Shown here: positions 1-12,700 of the stretch, piece after piece
Position numbering within the stretch: the stretch's first letter is position 1
Layout of the letters: each line of letters starts with the position of its first letter
Source of the DNA: the human T2T-CHM13v2.0 reference genome, Homo sapiens
Direction: 5' to 3' (one strand)
DNA length: 64,000 bases
Assembly: GCF_009914755.1 (NCBI RefSeq)
Contig: NC_060933.1
Notes under the pieces: model-generated
Database searches by the model: none
Seen by the model: the letters and a program-made list of their open reading frames with translations, nothing else
What the model was told of the DNA's origin: nothing
Translations under genes and position numbers: made by a program

Positions 1-2779
1 GTTGATTCCATTCCATTGCATTCCATTCCATTCCATTCAATTCCATTCCGTTCCATTCCATTCCATTACATTCGGATTTATTCTATTCAACTCCCTTACT
101 CTCCATTACATTCCATTCCATTCGGGTTTTTCCATTCCATTCCATTCCATTCCACTCCATTCCATTGCACTCGGGTTTATTCCATTCCATTCCATTCCAT
201 TCCGGAAGATTCCATTCCATTGCATTCCATTCCATTCCATTCCCCTGCACTCGCGTTGATTCCATTCCATTCCATTCCATTCCATTCCATTCCATTCCAT
301 TCCATTCCATTCTTTTCCGTTCCATTCCATTCCATTCCATTCCATTCCAATGCATTCCATTCCGTTCCGTTGCGTTCCATTCCATTCCATTCCATTCTAT
401 TCGGGTTAATTCCATTCCATTCCATTCGATTGCAATCGAGTTGATTCCATTCCATTCCATTCCATTCCATTCCTTTCCATTCCATTACGGATGATTCCAT
501 TCCATTGCATTCCATTCCATTCCATTCCCCTGTACTCGGGTTGATTCCATTCCATTCCATTCCAATCCATGCCATTCCACTCGTGTTGATTCCATTCTTT
601 CCATTCCATTCAAGTTGAATCCATTCCATTGCATTCCATTCCATTCCATTCCCCTGCAGTCGGGTTGTTTCCATTCCATTCCATTCCATTCCATTCCATT
701 CCATTCCATTCCGGATGATTCCATTCCATTGCATTCCGTTCCATTATATTCCCCTGCACTCGCGTTGATTCCATTCCATTCCATTACTTTCCATTCAATT
801 CCATTCCATTACAATTCGTTCCAATCCATTCTATTCCGTACCATTCCATTCCATTACATACCATTCCATTCCATTCCATTCCATTCCATTCCATTCCATT
901 CCATTCCGTTCCATTCCGTTCCATTCCATTCAATTCCATTCTATTCGGGTTAATCCCATTCCATTCCATTCCATTCCATTCTATTCCATTCCATTGCAAC
1001 CTAGTTGAATCCATTGCATTTCATTCCATTCCATTGCATTCCATTCCGGAAGATTCCATTCCATTGCATTCCATTCCATGCCATTCCCCTGCACTCGCGT
1101 TGATTCCATTCCATTCCATTCCATTCCATTCCATTCCATTCCATTCCATTCCGTTCCGTTCCGTTCCGTTCCATTCCATTCCGTTCCGTTCCGTTCCGTT
1201 CCGTTCCGTTCCGTTCCATTCCATTCCATTCCATTCCATTCCGGTCCGTTCCATTCCATTCCATTCCATTCCATTCCATTCCATTCCATTCCTTTCCATT
1301 CCATTACGGATGATTCCATTCCATTGCATTCCATTCCATTCCATTCCCCTGTACTCGGGTTGATTCCATTCGATTGCATTCCAATCCATGCCCTTCCACT
1401 CGTGTTGATTCCATTCTTTCCATTCCATTCAAGTTGAATCCATTCCATTGCATTCCATTCCATTCGATTCCATTCGATTGCACTCGGGTTGATTCCATTC
1501 CATTGCATTCCATTCCATTCCATTCCATTCCATTCCATTCCATTCTGTTCCTTTCCATTCTATTACATTCGGATTGATTCTATTCAATTCCCTTACACTC
1601 CATTAAGTTCCATTCCATTCGGGTAGTTTCCATTCCATTCCATTCCATTCCTCTCCATTCCATTGCACTCGGGTTGATTCCATTCCATTGCATTCCATTC
1701 CATTCCATTCAATTCCATTCCGTTCCACTCCATTCCATTACATTCGGATTGATTCTATTCAACTCCCTTAGTCCCCATTACATTTCATTCCATTCGGGTT
1801 GTTCCATTCCATTCCATTCCATTCCACTCCATTCCATTGCACTGGGGTTTATTCCATTCCATTCTATTCCATTCCATTCCATTCCATTCCATTCCGGAAG
1901 ATTCCATTCCATTGCATTCCATTCCATTCCATTCCCCTGCACTCGCGTTGATTCCATTCCATTCCATTCCATTCCATTCCATTCCTTTCGTTTCCATTCC
2001 ATTCCATTCCTTTCCATTCCATTCCATTCCGTTCCGTTCCGTTCCGTTCCATTCCATTCCATTCCATTCTATTCGGGTTAATTCCATTCCATTCCATTCG
2101 ATTGCAATCGAGTCGATTCCATTCCATTCCATTCCATTCCATTCCATTCCATTCCTTTCCATTCCATTATGGATGATTCCATTCCATTGCATTCCATTCC
2201 ATTCCATTCCCCTGTACTCGGGTTGATTCCATTCCATTCCATTCCGTTCCATTCCATTCCATTCCATTCCATTCCCTTCCACGCCATTCCACTCGGGTTG
2301 ATTCCATTCCTTTCCATTCCATTCGAGTTGAATCCATTCCATTCCATTCTATTCCATTCGATTCCATTCCATTGCTCACGTGTTCATTCCATTCCATTCC
2401 ATTCCATTCCATTCCATTTCGTTCCATTCCATTGTCTTCCGTAGTATTCCATTCCATTCCATTCCACTCCATTCCATGCCATTCCACTCGGGTTTATTCC
2501 ATTCCTTTCCATTCCATTCGGGTTGAATTCATTCCATTCCATTCCATTCCATTCCATTCAATTCCATTACATTGCACTCGGGTTGATTCCATTCCATTCC
2601 ATTCCATTTCAATCCATTCCCTTCCATTCCATTTCATTCCATTCCATTCCATTCCATTCCATCCCATTTCATTCCATTCCATTCCATGCCATTAAACTCG
2701 GGTTGATTCCATTCCTTTCCATTCCATTCTAGTTGAACCCATTCCATTCCATTCCATTCCATTCCATTCCATTGCACAC
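1..2779 (-). repeat. Satellite III (HSat3) array, C-rich (CATTC)n on + strand (G-rich strand on -)
   Basis: Continuous CATTC pentamers with interspersed ACTCGGGTTG / ATTCGGGTTA modules, the reverse complement of the CAACCCGAGT module that characterises SatIII. The CATCATCGA-type modules typical of HSat2 are absent. Runs off the left edge. Confidence 0.97.
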
Positions 2780-2798
2780 GGAATGGAATGGAATGGAA
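2752..2798. other. Strand-inversion breakpoint in the satellite array
   Basis: ...TTCCATTCCATTCCATTCC ATTGCACAC GGAATGGAATGGAATGGAA...: polarity switches from CATTC to GGAAT at about 2778-2781. Positions 2752-2770 and 2780-2798 are perfect 19-bp inverted repeats around a 9-nt spacer. Confidence 0.95.
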
Positions 2799-5700
2799 AC
2801 AACCCGAATGGAATGGAATGGAATGGAGTGTAAGGGAATTGAATACAATCAATCCGAATGTAATGGAATGGAATGGAACGGAATGAAATGGAATGGCATA
2901 GAATGGAATGGAATCAACCCGAGCGCAATGGAATGGAATGGAATGGAATGGAATGGATTCAACCCGAATGGAATGGAAAGGAATGGAATAAACCCGAGTG
3001 AAATGGCATGGAAGGGAATGGAATGGAATGGAATGGTACGGAGTAGAATGGAATGGAACGAAATGGAATGGAATGGAATGGAATGGAATGGAATGTTCCC
3101 GTGAGCAACGGAATGGAATGGAATGGAATGGAATGGAAGGGAATGGAATGGGTTCAATTCGAATGGAATGGAAAGGAATGGAATCAACCGGAGTGCAATG
3201 GCATGGAATGGAATGGAATGGAATGGAATGGAATGGAATGGAATGGATTCAACACGAATGGAATGGAAAGGAATGGAATAAACCCGAGTGGAATGGCATG
3301 GAATGGAGTGGAATGGAATGGAATGGAATGGAATGGAATGGAATGGAATTAAACCTAATAGAATGGAATGGAATGGAATGGAATGGAATGGAAGGGAATG
3401 GAATGGAATGGAATGGAATGGAATGGAATGGAATTAACACGAATAGAATGGAATGGAATGCAATGGAATGGAATGGAATGGAATCAACTCGATTTCAATG
3501 GAATGGAATGGAATGGAATGGAATGGAATGGAAGGGAATGGAATGAAATTAACCGGAATAGAATGGAATGGAATGGAATGGAATGGAATGGAATGGAATG
3601 GAATAGAATGGAATCCAACCGAGTGCAGTGGAATGGAATGGAATGGAATGCAATGGAATGGAATCATACGGAATGGAATGGAATGGAATGGAATGAAATG
3701 GAATGGAATGCAATGGAATGGAATGGAATAAACCCGAGTGGAATGGCATGGAATGGAGTGGAATGGAATTGAATGGAAGGGAATGGTACGGAATAGAATG
3801 GAATGGAACGAAATGCAATGGAATGGAATGGAATGGAATGGAATGAACCCGTGTGCAATTGAATGGAATCGAATGGAATGGAATGCAATGGAATGGATTC
3901 AACTAGAATGGAATGGAAAGGAATGGAATCAACCCGAGTGGAATGGCATGGCATGGAATGGAATGGAATGGAATGGAAAGGAATGGTATGGAATAGAATG
4001 GAATGGAACGAAATGGAATGGAATGGAATGGAATGCAATGGAATGGAATGGAATAGAATGGAATCCACCCGATTGCAGGGGAATGGAATGGAATGGAATG
4101 GAATGGAATGGAATGGAATGGAATGGATTCAACCCGAATGGAATGGAAAGGAATGGAATCAACCCGAGTGGATTGGCATGGAATGGAATGGAATGGAATG
4201 GAATGGTAGGGAATAGAATGGAATGGAACGAAATGGAATGGAATGGAATGGAATGGAATGGAATGGAATGGAATCAACCTGAGTGCAATGGAATGGAGTG
4301 GAAGGGAATGTAATGGAACGGAAACAACACGAATGGAATGGAATGTAATGGAGTGTAACGGAATTGAATACAATCAATCCGAATGTAATGGAATGGAATG
4401 GAACGGAATGGAATGGAATGCAATGGAATGGAAAAGAATGGAATGGAATGAAATGGAATGGCAGGGAATGGAATGGAATCAACCCGAGTGCAATGGAATG
4501 GAATAGAATGGAATGGAATGGAATGGAATGGATTCAACCCGAATGGAAGGGAAAGGAATGGAATAAACCCGAGTGGAATGGCATGGAATGGAATGGAATG
4601 GAATGGAATGGTACGGAATAGAATGGAATGGAACGAAATGGAATGGAATGGAATGGAATGGAATGGAATGGAATGGAATGGAATGGAATGGAATCAACCT
4701 GAGTGCAATGGAATGGAATGGAATGGAATGGAATGGAATAGAATGGAAACAACCCGAATGGAATGGAATGGAATGGAGTGTAAGGAATTGAATACAATCA
4801 ATCCGAATGTAATGGAATGGAATGGAACAGAATGGAATGGAATGGAATACAGTGGAATGGATTCAAACCTAGTGCAATGGAATGGAATGGAATGGAATGG
4901 AATGGAATGGAATGGATTGGATTCAAAACAAATGGAATGGAAAGCAATAGAATCAACCCGAGTGGAATGGCATGGAATGGAATGGAATGGAATGGAATGG
5001 AATGGTACGGAATAGAATGCAATGGAACGAAATGGAATGGAATGGAATGGAATGGAACGGAATGGAATGGAATCAACTCGATTGCAATGGAATGTAATGG
5101 AATGCAATGGAATTAACGCGAATAGAATGGAACGGAATGGAATGGAACGGAATGGAATGGAATGGGATGGAATGGAATCAATCTGAGTGCAGGGGAATGG
5201 AATGGAATGGAATGCAATGGAATGGAATGTAATGGAATGGAATGCAATGGAATGGAATGGAATGGAATGGAATGCAATGGAATCAACTCGATTGCAATGG
5301 GATGGAATGGAATGGAATGGAATGGAATGGAAGGGAATGGAATGGAATGGAATTAACCTGAACAGAATGGAATGGAATGGAATGCAACGGAATGGAATGG
5401 AATGGAATGGAATCAACCCGATTGCAATGGAATGGAGTGCAATGGAGTGGAATGGAATGGAATCAACCCGAGTGCAGGGGAATGGAATGGAATGGAATGC
5501 AATGGAATGGAATCATCCGGAATGGAATGGAATGGAATGGAATGCAAAGCAATTTAATCAACTCGATTGCAATGGAATGGAATGGAATGGAAAGGAATAC
5601 ATTGGAATCAACCCGAGTGGAATGGAATGGAAAGGACTGGAATGGAGTGGAATGGAATGGAATGGAATGGAATGGAATCAACTCGATTGGAATGGAATGG

Positions 5701-6633
5701 AATGGAATGGAATGGAATGGAATGGAATTAACCCGAATAGAATGGAATGGAATGGAATGGAACGGAATGGAATGGAATGGAATGGAATGGAATGGAATCA
5801 ACCCGACTGCAGGGGAATGGAATGGAATGGAATGCAATGGAATGGATTCAACTTGAATGGAATTGAAAGAATGGAATCAACACGAGTGGAATGGCATGGA
5901 TTGGAATGGAATTGAATGGAATCAACCCGAGTACAGGGGAATGGAATGGAATGAAATGCAATGGAATGGAATCATCCGTAATGGAATGGAAAGGAATGCA
6001 ATGGAATGGAATGGAATGGAATGGAATGGAATCAACTCGATTGCAGTCGAATGGAATGGAATGGAATTAACCCGAATAGAATGGAATGGAATGGAATGGA
6101 ACGGAACGGAATGGAATGGAATGGAATGGAATGGAACGGAAAGGAAGGGAATGGAATGGAATAGAATGGAATGGAATGGAATCAACGCGAGTGCAGGGGA
6201 ATGGAATGGAATGGAATGCAATGGAATGGAATCTTCCTGAAAGGAATGGAATGGAATGGAATGCAATGGAATGGAATCAACCCGAGTGCAATGGAATGGA
6301 GTGGAATGGAATGGAATGGAATGGAACAACCCGAATGGAATGGAATGTAATGGAGAGTAAGGGAGTTGAATAGAATCAATCCGAATGGAATGGAATGGAA
6401 TGGAACGGAATGGAATTGAATGGAATGGAATGGAATGCAATGGAATGGAATCAACCCGAGTGCAATGGAATGGAGAGGAATGGAATGGAATGGAATGGAA
6501 ACTACCCGAATGGAATGGAATGTAATGGAGTGTAAGGGAATTGAATAGAATCAATCCGAATGTAATGGAATGGAATGGAACGGAATGGAATGGAATGGAA
6601 TGGAATGGAATGGAATGGAATGCAATGGAATGG

Positions 6634-6777
6634 AATCAACCCGAGTGCAATCGAATGGAATCGAATAGAATGGAATGCAATGGAATGGATTCAACTTGAA
6701 TGGAATGGAAAGAATGGAATCAACACGAGTGGAATGGCATGGATTGGAATGGAATGGAATGGAATCAACCCGAGTAC
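6634..6777 (+). repeat. pHuR98-like SatIII module (representative copy; >20 copies, one inverted copy at 1351-1494)
   Basis: AATCAACCCGAGTGCAATCGAATGGAATCG...GGATTCAACTTGAAT...GAAAGAATGGAATCAACACGAGTGGAATGGCATGGATTGG...CAACCCGAGTAC. Recurrence is seen directly; resemblance to the chr9 SatIII clone pHuR98 is from memory and unverified. Confidence 0.6.
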
Positions 6778-9700
6778 AGGGGAATGGAATGGAATGGAAT
6801 GCAATGGAATGGAATCATCCGTAATGGAATGGAAAGGAATGGAATGGAATGGAATGGAATGGAATGGAATGGAATGGAATGGAATCAACACGATTGCAAT
6901 CGAATGGAATGGAATGGAATTAACCAAAATAGAATGGAATGGAATGGAATGGAACAGAACGGAATGAAATGGAATGGAATGGAATGGAATGGAACGGAAC
7001 GGAATGGAATGGAATGGAATGGAATGGAATCAACGCGAGTGCAGGGGAATGGAATGGAATGGAATGCAATGGAATGGAATCTTCCGGAATGGAATGGAAT
7101 GGAATGGAATGGAATGAAATGCAATGGATTCAACTCGATTGCAATGGAATGGAATAGAATGGAATGGAATGGAATGGAATGGAATTAATCCGAATAGAAT
7201 GGAATGGAATGGAATGGAACGGAATGGAAAGGAATGGAATGGAATGGAATGGAATGGAATGGAATGGAATAGAATGGAATGGAATGTATGGAATAGAATG
7301 GAATGGTACGGAACAGAATGGAATGGAACGAATTGTAATGGAATGGAATTGAATGGAATGGAATGGAATGGAATGGAATCAACGCGAGTGCAGGGGAATG
7401 TAATGGAATGGAATGCAATGGAATGGAATCATCCGGAATGGAATGGAGTGGAATGGAATGGAATGGAAAGGAATCAACCCGAGTGCAATGGAATGGAGTG
7501 GAATGGAAGGGAATGGAATGGAACAACCCGAATGGAATGGAATGTAATGGAGAGTAAGGGAGTTGAATAGAATCAATCCGAATGTAATGGAATGGAATGC
7601 AACGGAATGGAATGGAATGGAATGGAATGCAATTGAATGGAATGGAATGATACGGAATAGAATGGAATGGAACGAAATGGAATGGAATGGAATGGAATAG
7701 AATGGAATGGAACGAAATGGAATGGAATGGAATGGAATGGAATGGAATGGAATGGAATGGAATCGTTCCGAATGGATAGGAGGGAATGTATTCGAGTGGA
7801 ATGGAAAGGAATGGAATCAACCAGAGTGGAATGGAAGGGAATGGAATGGAATGGAAACTAATAGAATGGAATCAACCCGAGTGGAATGGGATGGAAAGGA
7901 CTGGAATGGAATGGAATGGAATGGAATCAACTCGATTGTAATGGAATGGAATGGAATGGAATGGAATGGAATGGAATGGAATGGAATTAACCCGAATACA
8001 ATGCAATGGAATGGAAAGGAACGGAATGGAGTGGAATGGAATGGAATCAACCCGAGTGCAGGGGAATGGAATGGAATGGAATGCAATGGAAAGGAATCAT
8101 CCGGAATGGAATGGAATGGAATGGAAAGGAATACATTGGAATCAACCCGAGTGGAAAGGAATGGAAAGGACTGGAATGGAGTGGAATGGAATGGAATGGA
8201 ATGGAATGGAATGGAAAGGAATCAACTTGATTGGAATGCAATGGAATGGAATGGAATGGAATTAACCCGAATAGAAAGGAATGGAATGGAATGGAACGGA
8301 ACGGAACGGAATGGAATGGAATGGAATGGAATGGAATGGAATGGAATCAACCCGACTGCAGGGGAATGGAATGGAATGGAATGCAATGGAATGGATTCAA
8401 CTTGAATGGAATGGAAAGAATGGAATCAACACGAGTGGAATGGCATGGATTGGAATGGAATGGAATGGAATCAACCCGAGTACAGTGGAATGGAATGGAA
8501 TGGAATGCAATGGAATGGAATCATCCGTAATGGAATGGAAAGGAATGGAATGGAATGGAATGGAATGGAATCAACTCGATTGAAATCGAATGGAATGGAA
8601 GGGAATTAAGCCGAATAGAATGGAATGGAATGGAATGGAACGGAACGGAACGGAACGGAACGGAATGGAATGGAATGGAATGGAATGGAACGGAGAGGAA
8701 TGGAATGGAATGGAATGGAATGGAATCAACGCGAGTGCAGGGGAATGGAATGGAATGGAATGCAATGGAATGGAATCTTCCGGAATGGAATGGAATGGAA
8801 TGGAATGGAATGGAATGGAATCAACTCGATTGCAATCGAATGGAATGGAATGGAATTAACCCGAATAGAATGGAATGGAATGGAATGGAACGGAATGGAA
8901 TGGAATGGAATGGAATGGAATGGTATGGAAAGGAACGGAAAGGAATGGAATGGAATGGAATGGAATGGTATGGAATGGAATGGAATCAACGCGAGTGCAG
9001 GGCAATGGAATGGAATCGAATTTAATGGAATGGAATGGAATGGAATCAACCCGAGTGCAGGGGAATGTAATGGAACTGAATGCAATGGAATGGAATCATC
9101 CGGAATGGAATGGAATGGAATGGAATGGAATCAACCCGAGTGCAATGGAATGGAGTGGAATGGAATGGAATGGAATGGAACAACCCGAATGGAATGGAAT
9201 GTAATGGAGAGTAACGGAGTTGAAAAGAATCAATCCGAATGTAATTGAATGGAATGGAACGTAATGGAATGGAATTCAATGGAATGCAATGGAATGGATT
9301 CAACTTGAATGGAATGGAAAGAATGGAATAAACACGAGTGGAATGGCATGGATTGGAATGGAATGGAATGGAATCAACCAGAGTACAGGGGAATGTATTG
9401 GAATGCAATGCAATGGAATGGAAGCATCCGTAATGGAATGGAAATGAATGGAATGGAATGGAATGGAATGGAATGGAATGGAATGGAATGGAATGGAATG
9501 GAATCAACTCGATTGCAATCGAATGGAATGGAATGGAATTAACCTGAATAGAATGGAATGGAATGGAATGGAACGGAACGGAATGGAATGGAATGGAATG
9601 GAATGGAACCGAACGGAACGGAATGGAATGGAATGGAATGGAATGGAATGGAATCAACGCGAGTGCAGGGGAATGGAATGGAATGGAATGCAATGGAATG

Positions 9701-12700
9701 GAATCTTCCGGAATGGAATGGAATGGAATGGAATGCAATGGATTCAACATGATTGCAATGGAATGGAATAGAATGGAATGGAATGGAATGGAATGGAATG
9801 GAATGGAATTAACCCGAATAGAATGGAATGGAATGGAACGGAATGGAACGGAAAGGAATGGAATGGAATGGAATGGAATGGAATGGAATGGAATGGAATG
9901 GTATGGAATGGAATGGAATGGAATGGAATCAACGCGAGTGCAGGGGAATGTAATGGAAAGGAATGCAATGGAATGGAATCATCCGGAATGGAATGGAATG
10001 GAATGGAATCAACCCGAGTGCAATGGAATGGAGTGGAATGGAATGGAATGGAATGGAACAACCCGAATGGAATGGAATGTAATGGAGAGTAAGGGAGTTG
10101 AATAGAATCAATCCGAATGTAATGGAATGGTATGGAACGGAATGGAATGGAATGGAATGGAATGGAATGCGATGGAATGGAATCAACCCGAATACAATGG
10201 AATGGAATGGAATGGAATGGAATGGAATGGAATGGAATGGAATGGAGTGGAATTGAATGGAATGGAATGGCTTCAAACCGAATGGAAGGGAAAGGAATGG
10301 AATCAACACGATTGGAATGGAATGGAATGGAATGGAATGGAATGGAATGGTACGGAATAGAATGGAATTGAACGAAATAGAATGGAATGGAATGGAATGG
10401 AATGGAATGGAATGGAATGGAATGGATTCAACTCGAAAGGAATCAACTCGATTTCAAAGGAATGGAATGGAATGGAAAGGAATAGAATGGAATCAACCCG
10501 AGTGGCATGGAATGGAAAGGCCTGGAATGGAGTGGAATGGAATGGAATGGAATGGAATCAAAGCGATTGGAATGGAATGGAATGGAATGGAATGGAATGG
10601 AATCAACTCGATTGCAATGGAATGGAATGGAATGGAATTTTAATGGAATGGAATGGAATTAACACGAATAGAATGGAATGGAATGGAATGGAACGGAATG
10701 TAATGGAATGAAATGGAATGGAATCAACCCGAGTGCAGGGGAATGGAATGGAATGGAATGCAATGGAATGCAATCATCCGGAATGGAATGGAATGGAATG
10801 GAATGGAATGGAATGGAATGGAATGGAATCAACTCGATTGCAATGGAGTGGAATGGAATGGAAACGAATTGAAGGGAATGGAATGGAATGTAATCAACCC
10901 GAGTGCAGGGGAATGGAATGGAATGGAATGCAATGGAATGGAATCATCCGGAATGGAATGGAATGGAATGGAATGCAATCAACCCAATGCAATGGAATGG
11001 AGTGGAATGGAATGGAATGGAATGGAATGGAAACATCCCGAATGGAATGGAATGTAATGGAGTGTAAGGGAATTGAATAGAATCAATCCGAATGTAATGG
11101 AATGGAATGGAATGAAATGGAATGGAGTGGAATGGAATGGAATCAACCCGAGTGCAATGGAATGGATTCGAATGGAATGGAATGGAATGGAATGGATTCA
11201 ACAAGAATGGAATGGAAAGGAATGGAATCAACCCGAGTGTAATGGCATGGAATGGAATGGAATGGAATGGAATGGGATAGAATGGAATTTTACGGAATAG
11301 AATGGAATGGAATGAAATGGAATGGAATGGAATTTAATGGAATGGAATGGAATGAACCTGTGTGCAATGTAATGGAATGGAATGGAATGGAATGGATTCA
11401 ACTCGAATGGAATCAACTCGATTGCAATGGAATGGAATGGAATGGAAAGGAATAGAATGGAATCAACCCGAGTGGAATGGAATGGAAAGGACTGGAATGG
11501 AGTGGAATGGAATGGAATGGAATTAACCCGAATAGAATGGAATGGAATGGAACGGAATGTAATGGAATGGAATGGAATGGATTCAACCCGAGTGCAGGGG
11601 AATGGAATGGAATGGAATGCAATGGAATGGAATCATCCGGAATGGAATGGAATTGAATGGAATGGAATGGAATCAACTCGATTTCAATGGAATGGAATGG
11701 AATAGAATGGAATGGAATTAACACGAATAGAATGGAATGGAATTGAATGGAATGGAATGGAACGGAAAGGAATGCAATGGAATGGAATGGAATCAACCCA
11801 AGTGCAGGGGAATGGAATGGAATGGAATTCAATGGAATGGAATCATCCGGAATGGAATGGAATGGAATGGAATGGAATGGAATGGAATGGAATGGAATCA
11901 ACCCGAGTGCGATGGAATGGAGAGGAATGGAATGGAATGGAATGGAAACTACCCGAATGGAATGGAATGTAATGGAGTGTAAGGGAATTGAATAGAATCA
12001 ATCCGAAAGTAATGGAATGGAACGGAACGGAATGGAATGCAATGGAATGGAATCAACCCGAGTGCAATCGAATGGAATCGAATGGAATGGAATGCAATTG
12101 AATGGATTCAACTTGAATGGAATGGAAAGAATGGAATCAACACGAGTGGAATGGCATGGAATGGAATGGAATGGATTGAAATAAACCCGAGTACAGGGGA
12201 ATGGAATGGAATGGAATGCAATTTAATGGAATAATCCGTAATGTAATGGAAAGGAATGGAATGGAATGGAATGGAATGGAATGGAATGGAATGGAATGGA
12301 ATCAACTCGATTGTAATGGATTGGAATGGAATGGAATGGAATGGAATGGAATGGAATGGAATGGAATTAACCCGAATACAATGGAATGGAATGGAATGGA
12401 ACGGAATGGAGTGGAATGGAATGGAATCAACCCGAGTGCAGGGGAATGGAATGGAATGGAATGCAATGGAATGGAATCATCCGGAATGGAATGGAATGGA
12501 ATGGAATGCAAAGCAATGGAATCAACTCGATTGCAATGGAATGGAATGGAATGGAAAGGAATACAATGGAATCAACCCGAGTGGAATGGAATGGAAAGGA
12601 CTGGAATGGAGTGGAATGGAATGGAATGGAATGGAATGGAATCAACTCGATTGGAATGGAATGGAATGGAATGGAATGGAATGGAATGGAATTAACCCGA

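Noticed and set aside
199-1057. 844-bp HSE spacing in the left arm as another standard unit
   Set aside because: The intervening modules follow the alternative (exit) path, so the matching length is probably coincidental.
2752-2798. Intrinsic terminator, transposon terminal inverted repeat or inserted element at the junction
   Set aside because: The stem is a trivial consequence of inverted satellite. The 9-nt spacer is part of a known array module, and there is no U-tract, target-site duplication or foreign sequence.
6351-6385. GGAGAGTAAGGGAG / AGGAGGG as Shine-Dalgarno sequence or G-quadruplex
   Set aside because: This is eukaryotic satellite with no real CDS, and GGG tracts are isolated rather than four closely spaced runs.
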